From assembly GCA_951406725.2 (NCBI GenBank), contig OX597819.1:124806001-124870000 (forward strand): 64,000 bases of DNA. The letters are read 5' to 3'. The notes below the pieces were generated by a model. The model was not told where the DNA came from. It saw only the letters and a program-made list of their open reading frames with translations, and searched no databases. How positions within the stretch are numbered: the first letter of the stretch is position 1; each line of letters starts with the position of its first letter. Shown here one piece after another: positions 11,420 through 25,555 of this stretch. This DNA comes from Octopus vulgaris (Eukaryota). Position numbers and translations under genes: made by a program.

Positions 11420-13155
11420 GAGGGCTCCATCATCAAACCAGCTGACAAGGGTGGAGCTGTAGTTGTGTGGTGTGCAAACTTCTAGGGGGTCAAGGCATTC
11501 TGCTAACCTCAAGACACCTTTTATCATTCTCTGCCCTCTGACCTGATGCCTCACAACCAACAAGTCATTTCTTTCCTCCTCCTCCTTCCTATCCCCAGAC
11601 CTTATTGTCTGGACCCTACACACCCCTATCATTTACTTCCTTCCCAAGATTTCTAAACCCAGCAATTTCAGCCACTCCATTGTCTCTGCTAGCAATTACC
11701 CTATGGACTCAATCCCCTAATACTTCAACTTCATCCTTGCACCCATAATGGCTTCCCTCACCTCTCACATTCACAACACCACAAGAATAAGGGGAAGAAA
11801 GTTCAGAGAGCTCTGTTGGCTACAAGACATCTCTCTCTCTCTCTCTCTCTCTGGGGTTGTATGATGCTTGTGTACAAACAATGCTACATGGTAGTAAAAT
11901 ACTACACTTCTCATTCCCTCTCAGACCTTCCTGACTTTTGTTCTCCTTTGACATGAAATCTCTTTACACTCCTCACACACTCAAATATTTCTTTGACTTA
12001 CATCATGACCCCCCCCCCCCCGCCAGCCTTGTACTCCCATTCCTCTTAAGTTGGCCGAACTGGTTCTTCCTTTGAATTGCTTTTCATTCTCAGGAGAATT
12101 TTACCTACGGGTCTCAGTATGACTATGGGAATGAGAATGGGCCCTACTGTGTAAAACTCATTGTCAGCTTTGCTGAGCTCTAGATATTCCTCAGTCCCCA
12201 TTCCAGAGCTGTACAGTCAGTACATCCATGACTACTGGTGGGATCTCACTCTTCTGCAAACAACTCAACTTTTTTCTCTCCTTCTCTAACCAGTCCTTCC
12301 TTCTACCCTTTTCCACCACCTCTGTTAACTTCATTGATATTTCCATTGCCATCAACTACTCACCCCTCTCGTATCACCTTTCATTACAAGCCTTCTGACT
12401 CTCACTTCTACCTCAACTTCTCTTCCTTCCAGAAACCCACACCAAACTCTTTGTCCCTACTCTCACTTCCTCCATTTCCATTTGCTCTGTAGTGACAAAC
12501 ATGACTTCAAGACACAGTCCCAAATCATGGTGCACCACTTGACCAAATGGGGATACACCCCATTATTATCCAAGCTGCCTTCACCTGCACTTAGTCTGTC
12601 AACTGCACATCAGCAATCCCTTTCTGTACCATCCCACTTTTACCTATCTTCCCTTTTCCCATATTATTCCTTCATTCTATCCCTCCACTTCCCACACCAC
12701 CTTTCCTTGAAACATACTTGCAATCTATAACCTACTGGTCCATACATCTTTCCCCACTCCTGATACTTAACACAACTCCTTCCCTTGCTCTTGCCCATAC
12801 TGCAGCACTTGTCCTTTTCTCTCTAACACCACTGTCTTCACCAGTATCAAAAATTACTCCTTCCACATCACCGACTCCTTCACTTGTGCCTTCTATAATC
12901 TTGCATCCTCTGCTCTCTTTGCCACTCCCCATATAGTGGCCAAACTGGTCAACATCTGACTGATTACTTTGCCAAACATTTTTAGGACATCAAACTCAGT
13001 AATGACATCCTGGTCTTTCCCTTCAACATCAATCTGTGTTTAGACTGGCCTTGCACAGTGACCACCCTGACTCCCATCTCTGCTTGGAGCAGAGATTACT
13101 TTTTTTTCTCCATACTTCAGACCCACATGGTCTAAATTCTCCACTCCTCTTTATT
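11420..13155 (+). mobile_element. Decayed Penelope-like element (RT + GIY-YIG), with an RTE fragment inserted at about 11785-11900
   Basis: IKPADKGGAVVVW, IYFLPKI, FDMKSLYT, NCFSFSGEFY, MG.RMGP, HYKPSDSHFYLNFSS, Y.GQTG..L...FAKH, PHGLN across frameshifts. Confidence 0.8.
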
Positions 13156-14196
13156 TAAGCCCCACTTTCACAAACACTTACACACACCACCTACCTTTTA
13201 CTTTCTCCCACTGTCCTCTCAACTTCTACCCACTCTACTGTTGAACTAATTACCCAACACCACACACACACCAATACATTCAAATAGCACATACACACAC
13301 TCCTTCATACTTCACACACTTTAGCACCCACACTTCCATTAGTCACCCATATCACCCATCTTCACACTTACAGTAGCAAATATATAATACACCTACACCT
13401 CCAAAACACCTGCATTTGCTACTTCTATTCTACTGAATACCACTATCTAGTATTACAAACATATGCACATTTACACACACATAGACACACACAATATACA
13501 TACAATAGCTTCATACATGTACATGCATAGACATATATATATATACACACACAAACACACAGTATACACACACATGCACGCTCATACATACACATTTGTC
13601 AGGTTCACAGTTATTCTCCATACCATCCATACCTCAAGTCACCCTTCACAGTTGTCCCTCTTGCCACTCATGCCTCTAGCAACCTCTTCCTACTTCTAGT
13701 CATTTCAGTATGGAGACCAACTAATTGAGACCTGTTCTGATGAGGAAGAGGTGGTATTTGGAAGAAAGAAGGATAGGGATGGCCAAAGTATCCACTACAC
13801 TCTCGGAATGGTTGGTGTTAAGACGGGCATCCAGCTGTAGAAACATTGCCATATCAACATATGTCAGCATGGAAAACAGATATTAAACGATGATGATGAT
13901 ATTAAAGGGGAATGTAGTTAAAAACAAAGGGATAAATAATACATACTTTAGGAGTAGAATTTAGAATCAATGGATAAGGGTGGTAGTAAAATATAACTTA
14001 GAAAATTTATGAGAAAATTTTAATCAATATTTAGAAGAAGGATAGAAATTAAATTTAAAACCTAATAATGAAATACTTTAATATAAAAGAAAAAAATATT
14101 AAGATTTTTCTTAAACATAGTGTATAGATGATGATAAAAGCATTCTATAATGAATGTATAGCGGAATTAAATTATCATATGAATAGAAATTTATAG

Positions 14197-15948
14197 TATA
14201 TTTTAAACTAATATAAGAACTATTCCCTTCATTACAGGTGGATAAATATATCGTAAAAAATGGTATCCAATATATAGGGTAATTGAATTGGAGGTATACT
14301 AAACGTATAAGGGAGTACACTCAGATACAATATTTAAACGAATTTGGGTATGTAAACACTTAATGAATATATTGCATGATTAAAAAATATAATAAAATAA
14401 GAATTCCCATATCCAGTAAATTATATAAAAGACCTTACGAATTGTCTAAAAAAAATTTATAAATTATAAACATCAAGAAAGTATATAAAAGGATATACAA
14501 ATGTATAAAAATATCAATTATAAAATATTAAAGATTTATAAAATATAATGTGTAATTAGAAATATAAAAAATATATTATACAGTGAGTTGTCAAATCTTT
14601 TATAATCTATAGAAGCTACATTGATACAGAGGCTATATAAATACATAAAAATTTAATAATATAAAATATAAAAATTTTATAAAATATTTTTTACAGAATG
14701 ATATAAGAGATATAAATAAGGATTTAGAATTTAAAAAATAGAATAAGGATTATCTTATAAATTATATTGGTATATTGCAAAGAATTCCTACACATGTTAT
14801 TATTAATACAATATAAAATAAATATATGTAACAAATATTAATGGAAATAAAAATACCTTTGGAAATGGGTTTATAACATATTTTTAAAATACATCAAAGA
14901 CACTGATCTAGGTAGAATAATAACATCTTTGGTAGTATACTTTATACTTAGGGGAGGTGTGATCCAGTGTAAAATTTATATGTTGTACTATGAGGGAAGA
15001 GATTCCCAATACTGAAGTGGTAAATCTATAATATAATCACTGGAAATTTATAGATCAAAGGGGTTAAGAGTTATTAGAAAACATTATTGAATAGATTTTG
15101 AGATAATAGAGGGTAGGCTGTGAATAATATGACACCCCAGATAACTCCTGCTACCAAAATACAGAATGAAGTACCTATTATTAAAGGTATATTTAAAGGT
15201 ATGAGTAATCCTATGAACGCATGACACTATAAGATCTAATTCGTTATTAATTAGGTTTTGTTTATCTCTGTATTTGAATATTTCATGTATCTCCATACAA
15301 CTTAGTTCACATCAATACGGGCTATTTGTGTATGACTGAGCTTGTTTTTTTTTCATATTTACAGAACACCCGATGTAAATAAAGTTATTAGTTTCTGTTA
15401 TTACTGCACATTTGTATATAACTCTTTTTATATCATTCTGTAAAAAATATTTCATAAAATTTTTATATTTTATATTATTAAATGTTTATGTATTTGTATA
15501 CTCTCTTACACATTTGTGTAGCTTCTATAGCTTATAAAAGGTTTGACAGTTTATAATTTCTTTTCATAAAATTAAATATATAACGTAATATTATATTTTT
15601 TATATTTGTAATTACACATTATATATTATATTTGATATTTTTATACATTTATATATCTTTTTATATACTTTCTTAGTGCTTATAGTTTATAAAAAATTTT
15701 TTTTGACAATTCATAAGGTCTTTTATATAATTTACTGGATGTGGGAATTCTTATTTTATTATATTTTTTAATCAATATTCATTAAGTGTTTACATACCCA
15801 AATTGGTTTAAGTATTGTACCTGAGTGTACTCCCTTATACGTTTAGTATACCTCCAATTCAATTACACTATATATTGGATACCATTTTTTACGATATCTT
15901 ATATTTATCCACCCGTAATGAAGGGAATAGTTCTTATATTAGTTTAAA

Positions 15949-15952
<4 letters not shown>
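14197..15952. repeat. Long inverted repeat: arms about 14197-14715 and 15420-15952, AT-rich, probably PLE-derived
   Basis: For example gaactattcccttcattacaggtggataaat vs atttatccacccgtaatgaagggaatagttc; spacer carries a GIY-YIG C-terminus-like peptide (CMEIHEIFKYRDKQNLINNE) on the minus strand. Confidence 0.8.
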
Positions 15953-16001
<49 letters not shown>

Positions 16002-16004
<3 letters not shown>

Positions 16005-16248
16005 TCATCATCATCGTTTAACATCTGCTTTCCATGCTAGGATGGTTTGGATGTATGACTGAGGGATCTGGCAGAGTTTCTACAGCTGGATGCCCTTTCT
16101 AATGCCAACCACTCCGAGAGTGTAGTGGGTGCTCTTATGTGTCACCGGCACTGGCAACTACCTTGCTCGAATCTTTTACACATGCCACTGGCACGGTAAC
16201 AATCATGCTCGAATGGTGTCTTCTACGTGCCACCGGCATGGAGGCCAG
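16002..16248 (-). mobile_element. RTE 3' tail (family C variant) between (TA)n and (TATG)n
   Basis: Family C terminal sequence. Confidence 0.75.
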
Positions 16249-16260
16249 ATATATATATGC

Positions 16261-16293
<33 letters not shown>

Positions 16294-17505
16294 TGTATGT
16301 ATGTATGTATGTATGCATACATACATATGTATATTTTATGTGTACAAATAAATGTACAACTGCTACTGTTTAGTCTATGTAGATTATCATCATTCAGTCT
16401 GCTTCCAGTATAGTAGTTTATACTTGGTAGGCTACTAATTACGATATACTGAGGAAATGTTGGAGAAATCACAGCAAACACAAGTTTATGCCATTTGCTC
16501 CTATGTCTATCTCAGCAGTATAGTTCTTTAAAACTTTGTTCTGGATGTTTGAAGGGCAACTGAATACTTAACTAAAACAGAACTTCAAGGAACGCTTAAT
16601 TGCATTATGTTAGAGAGAGAGCTAAAGGCTCTTGCTCTCAGTAACATAACACAATATAGTGTTCCCTGATTATATATATTGTAACATTATACTATAACCT
16701 GTACTGTAATTTGACATATTGCTTTTGATTAATTTAATTATGAGAACTTTAACTAAAAAAATACACATAATGGGAAAAAATGCTTTCTGTTGCTAATCAA
16801 CCAAATGCTCTTCCTTCTGCTCATTTGCATATGTTCATGTTAGAAACCATTTGTTATTGTTACATTGATTAATTTACTATTATTAACACTAATTCCTTTA
16901 TTTTGAAAGGCATTTACTATATATCCTGACTTTTTCTATTTTTTATAATCATTATGAAATACAACTCCGAGTGCAAAACTTGACACTATATTGGGTTTTT
17001 TTAAATGTCATTTAAGGATATTTCTTTGTTAATAAAATCAAATCTTTTATTGGATTGTAATGTAAACCATGAGACAATGCTGATTTCTGTCTTTTTCATA
17101 AGAGTTTTATCACACTAAATGTGTTTTAGTATCTCTATCTTTATTTGTATTTTTGTTTTCCAACCAGTTAAAAAAAAACCATTATCAAAATGGTTTCCAA
17201 AAAAGAAATCAAAATTCTTTGTTAAGTTTTTGTTTAATGGTAAGCTAGCATTGTTTGTTAACTACTGGACTTGAGAAAAGTCTTTGTGTATTTTCCGATG
17301 CCTCTGTTGAATGTCTCAAATTACTCAATGTTTTTAATGTTTTGACTTAGATTCTTTAGTTCATCCGCACACACACAAATATCTGTGAGAATCTGCATTA
17401 ATACAGGTGGACTTGGTAGCAAAGAAGACAGACATTAAATGACGTAATGATGTAATGATAACATATCATTATATATGTACTTTTTTAATTATAAATTATC
17501 CTTGT

Positions 17506-17812
<307 letters not shown>

Positions 17813-17902
17813 TCTGTAAAATAATATGTGACAATTATTCAGTAGCCAAGATATTATTTACATAATATTGAGGTCTCTTTCTTTTGTTATCTTCCCTTTT
17901 TT

Positions 17903-17943
<41 letters not shown>

Positions 17944-18229
17944 AAATTAGAGATAAAACCACTATTAGGCAAATCCAACAGTGTAAAACATAAACCAAAA
18001 CATAGAAATAAAATTAATTATTATAATATACAAAATATATAAAATATAAAATTCAAAATTTAAATTTAAAGTTAATAATTTTAAATTAATTTATATTTAT
18101 AAATTTTTATTTTTTATTTATTTATTCATTTATTTTTTTTATTAAATATATATAACTATCAAAAAGTATTAAAAAGTTTAATATAAGATAAAAAGTAAAG
18201 CAACTATATATCTATTTATATGTATATGA

Positions 18230-18610
18230 CTTTTTCTTCCACTAAATCCTTGGACTGGGGCACTGCTTTGAAAGGCTTAATTAAACAACTCAAGCCCAGT
18301 ACTTATTCTATCAGTTTAGCCTCGTTTACTGAACTGTTCAGTTATGGGGACATTATTAAACCAAAAGCATGATAAAAATGGTTTCCAAAAAGATTATCAA
18401 GTGGTAATAGGGAAAAACATAAACACAATGATATACACACACACACTCATACATACATATGACAGGCTACCACATAGTTTCTATCCACCAAATTCGCTTA
18501 ACAGGGCATAGGTTAACCTGGGGCTATAGTAGAAGACACTTGCCCAAGGAGCTACACTATGGCACTGAACCCAAGACTTTTCAGTTGGAAAGTAAGCTTT
18601 TTAACCACAC
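18230..18610 (-). mobile_element. SINE family B, degenerate
   Basis: ctatagtagaagacacttgcccaagg core; agtacttattctatc. Confidence 0.65.
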
Positions 18611-18789
18611 ATACATACATGGATATTCCTATGCATATGTGTGTGTGTGTGTTGATTAGAAAAAGAGTGCTTGATACCATAGGATGGATTAATTATGTTT
18701 TATTTTGGTCAGGACTGTTTCCACCAAGAAAAGTAGATCTAGAGTCAGAAAGTGATATGATTTAATGCACCCAACAGTATCAACATATC

Positions 18790-19245
18790 AACCAATGTTG
18801 CCAGGCAGTTGCTTTCTCTCAGGAAAGCACTTTTCCAGTGAGCTCTTATAGAAAAATATTCAACAAGACCACAGTTAAGCTGCCTTGGAAATATAGAGTC
18901 ATGGAAATCTGCATACCCTACTAATTTAAATCTAACTGAAAAGCTGTAACTTAAGAAATAGTTTACACTGTCCACTGGAAAATAAAGGCCTCTCAGAAGA
19001 ATTCATCTACAAAGCCGAAATTTTAAAAAATGGCAATACCAGAAAACACTTTTAAAGCCCACTTCACCCAACTTCTTTACACAATTTGAAACAGTGGAAT
19101 AAGTATATTTCACACCTGGAGGACAATGGTATAAACAACTCTACCATTAATTAGAGCACTGTAGCAAAAATACAAATATTTGTGGTCAATCAAGTGGTCA
19201 TTAACAGCTGATGATGCTTTGGTGATACAGACTTTAGCTTTGTCT
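18790..19245 (+). mobile_element. Penelope-like fragment (RT C-terminus / GIY-YIG start)
   Basis: TNVARQLLSL..KIFNKTTVK..CLGNIES and CPLENKGLSEEFIYKAEI resemble PLE TNV.K.FL...KIFNRNTVK.SYSC and CPL...C....IYKA. Confidence 0.55.
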
Positions 19246-19549
19246 CCTCTTCACACAAAGATGTAGTCAATTAAATGCCAGTGATATGATCAAAGTTGTC
19301 TTGTATTGAGACTTCAGCCTAAATTATCGTTATTGATGTTGGCTGCAGTGCTGCTGTCAGCATCAGCAGAATCAGTCGAGTGCCAAACAAGATCTCTTAC
19401 AATATTTAGCTACATCTTTTGGTCTGATTTCAAATATTTACTAGAATTGACTTTGTTTTTTGTTTCAGATTCATTAAAAACAATATCAGTCAAAATTAGA
19501 AATATTGAATTTCTAAATGTCTCAGAGAGACATGAGCAGTGGTGGGGGC

Positions 19550-19834
19550 GATATAGCGGTTGTATACTGTCAATTCAACGTGACAGTCCTGTAAAGAGGA
19601 ATCACACCACCGCCATTTAGCCTTAGGAAGCATTGATGCTTCATATCGGCTTTGACACATTCAGGTGCTAATCCTAGCTGTTGGGGGTACTTGTCTCCCT
19701 TTCGCAAATATAAGGACACAGGAATTGTGTCAAAGCCGACAGGAAGCGTCGATGCTTCCTAGGGCTAAATAGCAGTGGTGTGATTCCCTTTACAGGACTG
19801 TCACGTTGAGTTGACAGTATACAACCACAATACC
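19550..19834. mobile_element. Foldback MITE with about 115-bp inverted arms
   Basis: ggttgtatactgtcaattcaacgtgacagtcctgtaaag...ctttacaggactgtcacgttgagttgacagtatacaacc. Confidence 0.85.
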
Positions 19835-20004
19835 AGTCAAGTAGTGGAGTAAATTTAATTCACTCATAGACCTACCTTATATTTTTGACTTCATACAAAT
19901 ATTAGAAACCATTATTGTTACTGTATTGTGTTTTCTGTACTGTTCTGATTGTTGTTTAGGGTTTTTGGCCCTTAAATAATTTACTATTATTATTGTTGTT
20001 ATTA

Positions 20005-20530
20005 AGGTGGTGTGCTTTGTGGCATTTCTTCTGGCTCTTTATGCTCTGAGATGAAATCACGCTGAAGTCATCTTTACTTTACATCTTTCAGAGTTGCTAA
20101 AACAAAGTACCAGTCAAGTACTGGGGTTGATGCAATCAGTTTTTCCCCTCCCCTTAAAATTGCTAGCCTTGTACCTATATTAGGAAAAGCATTTTTAATG
20201 ACTGTGCTTCCCAACCACATGGTTTCGGGTCCAGTCCTACTGCGTGGCATTTTGGGCAAGAGTCTTCTACTTTAGGTGACCAAAGCCTTGTGAGCAGATT
20301 TGGTAGATGGAAACTGAAAGAAGCTCATCTTGAGTATGGGTCAGTGTTTGTCCCCCGTTACCACTTGACAATCGGTGTTGGTGTATTTATGTCCCTGTGG
20401 TTTGGTAAAAGATACTGATAGAATCTTAGAAATTAATAAGTACTGGGGTTGATACATTCAACTAAAAATTCTTCAAGGCAGTGCCCCAGCATGGCCACAG
20501 TCTAGTGACTGAAAGAAGTAAAAGACAAAA
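20005..20530 (+). mobile_element. Degenerate SINE A variant followed by SINE B
   Basis: aagtaccagtcaagtactgggg; ttcccaaccacatggtttcgggtccagtcc...gactgaaagaagtaaaag. Confidence 0.65.
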
Positions 20531-21257
20531 AGATTATTATTATTATTAAACCTGTGAATTGTCCAATAAAGGACAAAATATTTGGCAGAAATTGGTTAAT
20601 TGTCTTTATATACAGTGTTCAAATCTTGCTGGAGTTGACTTTGCTTGTTTTAGCCTTTGCGGGGCTGATAAAAAAATTACAAATTAAATACTTGGGTTTT
20701 ATCTAATTGACCGATGCCTATGATAAAAATTATTATTGAAGTTAATAAGAATGTAAATTCTTATGGTTTATTAATGAGTTGTTGATATTTATGAAAATTA
20801 ATAAGATCTCATTTTTTTTTTGTCCTTAAGTTTTCTTCATAGATTTATTGTAACTTGTAGCCTTAAATATATCTATAGAAATTCCCCATGTTTCAACAGT
20901 AAATATTTTGTAGCTAGATATATTATCTTCTGCTGGTTAATTTTTCTGACCAGTAATGGAGTTGATAACTTCAAATAAGTTCATATGATATTTTATAAAT
21001 ATACAGGTATACTTCTCTTTCTCCCTTTCTTTCATTCTTTGTTTCTTTCCTTCCTCCCTTCTTTCTTTCTTTCTTTCCAGTCCATCAAAGTTTTCTCACC
21101 TGTGGAATCACACACAGGTGAGAGAATGAGTAGTGAAGTGAGTCATCAGCTTGCTTCCAACTGAAATATAAAACTCTGTGTTGAGTGTTTTTTCTACTGT
21201 TTGTTCATCAAAAAGTGTGTGTGTATATATGTATATATATATATATATAATTAAGTT

Positions 21258-21567
21258 GTGGAGGCGCAATGGCCCAGTGGGTAGGGTAGCGGACTCGCGG
21301 TCATAGGATTGTGGTTTCGATTCCCAGACCGGGCGTTGTAAGTGTTTATTGAGCGAAAACACCTAAAGCTCCACGAGGCTCCAGCAGGGAGCAGTGGCGA
21401 TCCCTGCTGTACTCTTTCGCCACAACTTTCTCTCACCCTTTCTTCTGTTGGCCTGCTCGCTTAGCCAGCGGGGTGGCGTCTTTTAAAGGCTAAAAGAATG
21501 CGAAGCGCATTGTGACCAGCGATGTGTAGCAACATCTGATAGCCTGGTCGGTCACGGTGATCACGGT
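21258..21567 (+). mobile_element. SINE with family-D tRNA head but a different 3' half; 12-bp TSD
   Basis: TSD tataattaagtt at 21246-21257 and 21568-21579. Confidence 0.85.
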
Positions 21568-21899
21568 TATAATTAAGTTAGGCAGCAGTAAGCAATGTGT
21601 TCCATAAAGGAAACCTATAACCGTCATTAAATATGACTGAGGGTGTTAGAGACACCTACATTGCTAGAAATAAAAGCTAAACACTAATGCTGCAGTTAAA
21701 GCACATAATTATATACATACATGGTGACAGACCGTAATTGCCTAAAAAGCAGTGGTCGAGCTATTCACATGCACACATCTCAAAAGTATATAGACACCAT
21801 TTTGAAGGTGGGGAATCTATTGACTAGAAACAAAATAACGTCATTTGATGAAATGAAATAATTAATCTAGTATTAAGTACACATGCTTTATGTTGTTTT

Positions 21900-22696
21900 G
21901 GATCTTCACCTTTTGACCAGCAGATTTAGAAAATAATTTTTTGTAACTAAACACTTTCAAACTTCGTATACTGGTAGAATTTTATCATATAAAACATCTG
22001 TTACTCTTAGCATCTTTGAGAAAAGTTTATATTTATGAAGTTATTTTGTGTTAAAGTTGTCGTATTTCGTTAATTTCAACCAATCAATGACGTGTATTCA
22101 GCTGAAAAAAATTACTGCTGCTGTTTGTCAACAAGAACTTCCAGAGGTGTATATTTCGTTTTTCACTGTTATTTATGGAGTGTATCTGAAGCATGTTTAC
22201 TTCATGGCACCACCATAATCGTTCATGCATTTCTACTGCTTTTAGTCTTTTTTTTCCTGTTTTTCAGCTACTATTTTCAGAAAGACATTTTTTGCCAACT
22301 CCCCAACCCCTACCCCTCCAATTTCTTCATTTTTCATTTTTTTCAGTAATTCTAATGCTAAAACCCCAACCCTAACCCTAACCTTAAAACCAAAACCAGT
22401 ACAAATGCACGAACGATGTCATAAATAACAGTGACAAACGAAATATACACCGCCGATAGTTGTTGCTGACAAACAACAGCAGTAATTTTATTCAGCTGAA
22501 TACACATCATTGATTGGTTGAAATTAACGAAATACAACTACTTTAACACGAAATAACTTCGTAAACATAAACTTCTCTCAAAGATGCTAAGAGTAAAAGA
22601 TGTTTTATATGACACATTCTACCAGTATACGAAGCTTGAAAGTGTTTAGTTACAAAAAGTTAATTTCTCGATCTGCTGTTCAAAGGGAAAAGATCC
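21900..22696. mobile_element. GG-terminal foldback MITE (family E), 8-bp TSD gttgtttt
   Basis: ggatcttcacc...gggaaaagatcc termini; long imperfect inverted arms; internal cccaaccctaaccctaa. Confidence 0.9.
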
Positions 22697-23364
22697 GTTG
22701 TTTTTAATACTTTAACCCATTTGGACATCATACTAACCAGTATTTTACACACAGATAAAATGGTTTAATGAGGAGTGTCTATTTACTTTTGAACTCTCTC
22801 TGTATGTATCTAAGTATGCATGTATATACATATATGAAGTGAACATGCATCAAAGGTGACAGTTTTCCATTTGAATATTTACCTACCATGTATTGAAAAT
22901 TATTTTATTGTTCTTTTTAACTTTGTAGATGGATAAACTCATATTTATCATTAGCTAGTATTTTTATGCACTGTTATTTTCACAAAAGATTATTTACATT
23001 TGAAATTGAATCAATATAAATTAACTACTTTTATTTTCATTTTATATATATATATAATCTATTAAATATACAGTCTGTTTTACATGCATGCATATGTACA
23101 TACATACATAACTGATACATGAATATAATTACTTACTTGCCGGCTACAATCATGAAGTAGTTACAGGAAGGAAAAGCTGCTATGTTAAAAACAGATAAAG
23201 TATGTAAATGAATAGAGGCAGTGCCTATAAAAGGAAATCTGCTTAAAGCTGCTCCAATGAAACATGCTATCATATGGAATGATTGCATACAAGGCCAGCC
23301 CCAAATTACTCACACTCTAGTACCAGTAATTGGTACTCTTATGATATATATATAATATATATAT

Positions 23365-23620
23365 AATGAAATTATTGTATACAGTGCTCAGGTGCACCAC
23401 AACTTGTCAAAAGTGCATATAAAGTATATGCAGTAATGTACAAATGTCTGGGAAGCGAACAGTGTATGAGTCAGATACATGCTTGTGTGTGTATGGAGGG
23501 GAGAAAATCAGGTGTAGTGTTGGCGAATCTCAGGAAGCATGGAAGTTTTGAAGGATGCAGTGCTCCGACAACTAACAACTGATGCCGGCAGTTTGTTCCA
23601 TGCTTCAGCAACTCTTAGCG
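23365..23620 (-). mobile_element. CR1/L2-type LINE 3' end
   Basis: Near identical to 6231-6503. Confidence 0.75.
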
Positions 23621-24367
23621 TAGGTATGAGTCTAATTTCAACGTAATTTTCTATGATTACCATTGGTTAGGAATGTAACTATAAGTACTTGTACTTAAGG
23701 TTAGTATTTATAGAGAGTATAGTTCTTCACTTGTAAACTACCTAATATTATGGTACAACATATTCCTTGCCTAGCTTTAATCTAAACATGATATTAGGTT
23801 AAATTTTAAGATTACTTTTGTTATAATTTATATTCTCCATGTGAACACTAAGCTAAGCTAATCTTTTTCTGAATCACAAAATCTTTGTAATTTCATAGTG
23901 TTAAGATATCTCCCTGTGGATAGGATGTTATTCTACAGTACTCAGTCTTTCCTCACTGCAAAAACGGAACTCAGTATTCCAAATTCTACATCTGTTCCAC
24001 AGTGATAACCAAATGTCTTGGCATGGACATAATATATTGTTGGTATTAGAATATCACCTGGCGAGTACCTGATTGCTTTCTGTTAGTCTGTCAACTTGGT
24101 TCTTCATTCTCTTCCAAGGTTTTCCTAGGTACTAACCAAAACCCACTATTAGGACGAATTATAGTGCTAGTATTGTTACTCTCTAGAATGTATTTCTCAG
24201 TTAATCATAATTCTAAATCTATTTCAAACAACTTCTGTACCTTGGTGTTTTACAATTTCAGTCAGGTTTATAATGATACTATTGGCAGTCTTTTCTTGAG
24301 CCAACCCAGAGTGTACAACAAGTACTGTATGTTTAAAATTAACGAGAAAATATCTGGGATAACTTGA

Positions 24368-24587
24368 CCCTTTCGTTACCAACCTGGCTGAAACCGGCTC
24401 TGGCTCTGAGTACAAATATCTTGTTTTCATAAGTTTTGGATTAAAATCTTCCACCAAACCTTAGTCACAATTTATGTTCCTAACACTAGCTGAATGATAA
24501 CTAAGTTATTTTAATAAATTCTTTGTTATATTTAAAGTAATTGAAAGAAACACAGAGCTTCTGAAAATAAATACGGTAACGAAAGGG
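24368..24587. mobile_element. piggyBac-type MITE
   Basis: TIR ccctttcgttacc...ggtaacgaaaggg flanked by ttga/ttaa. Confidence 0.85.
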
Positions 24588-25555
24588 TTAACGTTAGTGA
24601 GATCTGAAAGCATATATGGTCAGATAACTCCCTGGCTCCATAAAAATGGATTCCTAACTAGAAAAAAAAAATAATGTTGAACTATACATATGCATTAATA
24701 TTATATATCCTACTATATGTTATCATGGAACCTGATATATATAAATGTATATGCTGGAAAATAACTCAATACTTTGAAAGTTGTCTCCAGTATTCTATGT
24801 TTTAAGCAGCTATTTCTTATTTTTCTATGTATCAACGGCAGCTTCAAATGTTTTGTTTTATCAAGAAAAAAAGAAAAAGAATATATATTTTGCACCAATG
24901 AATATAATGTAAAGAAGAGATGAGATTTCATTGAATTGTCTGAAAAATTCTTCAAAACACTTCAAATTTGAAAGCCATCCTTTTTACATATTTTTTTGTT
25001 ATTTTAACTATATGCAAAAGCAAAAGCCCGAGGCTTTTATTGTAAAATTTGATACGAAGTTTACATTCACTTTTTTATTGTTTATGTAAGGCAGCTATTT
25101 TACAAGCATGATTCATAAGCAGTGAATATGCTGAAAGACAAGGAGAGATATTTCATATTTTGAAGGGTAACTTAGGGACACAAAGTCCTTTGAGAATGTG
25201 AATGTGTTACCCATTTCTGGGATTTTTAAATCCATTTCTACATGTGTTATATGTATCTTCTCTCATCTGAAATTGCCTTCCTTATTCTTAATATTCACTT
25301 GCATGCACACAAACACACACACACACACACTTGTTTATATTAGATTATAGAAATTTGTTGAGAAACAGGTCTCTGTAAAAAGTTTCTCTTTATGATTTAG
25401 AATGTGTGATGTTTGAATTTTCAAATGAACCATCATTAAAACATTTGTCTATTAAAATGTATTGAGGTAGAATAGTATGAATGGAATTGTTAAAGAATTC
25501 TTTATTTTCAGTGTATGTTCTCCCTTGTCAATGTAGTGTATTAAATACAAAGTTG

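Noticed and set aside
13737-13770. CTGATGA hammerhead core downstream of the PLE remnant
   Set aside because: No stem II or properly placed GAAAC/GUC follows
21258-21330. tRNA-like sequences (also at 10600, 46288, 52450, 59527)
   Set aside because: SINE heads continuous with SINE bodies, some with TSDs; no complete cloverleaf
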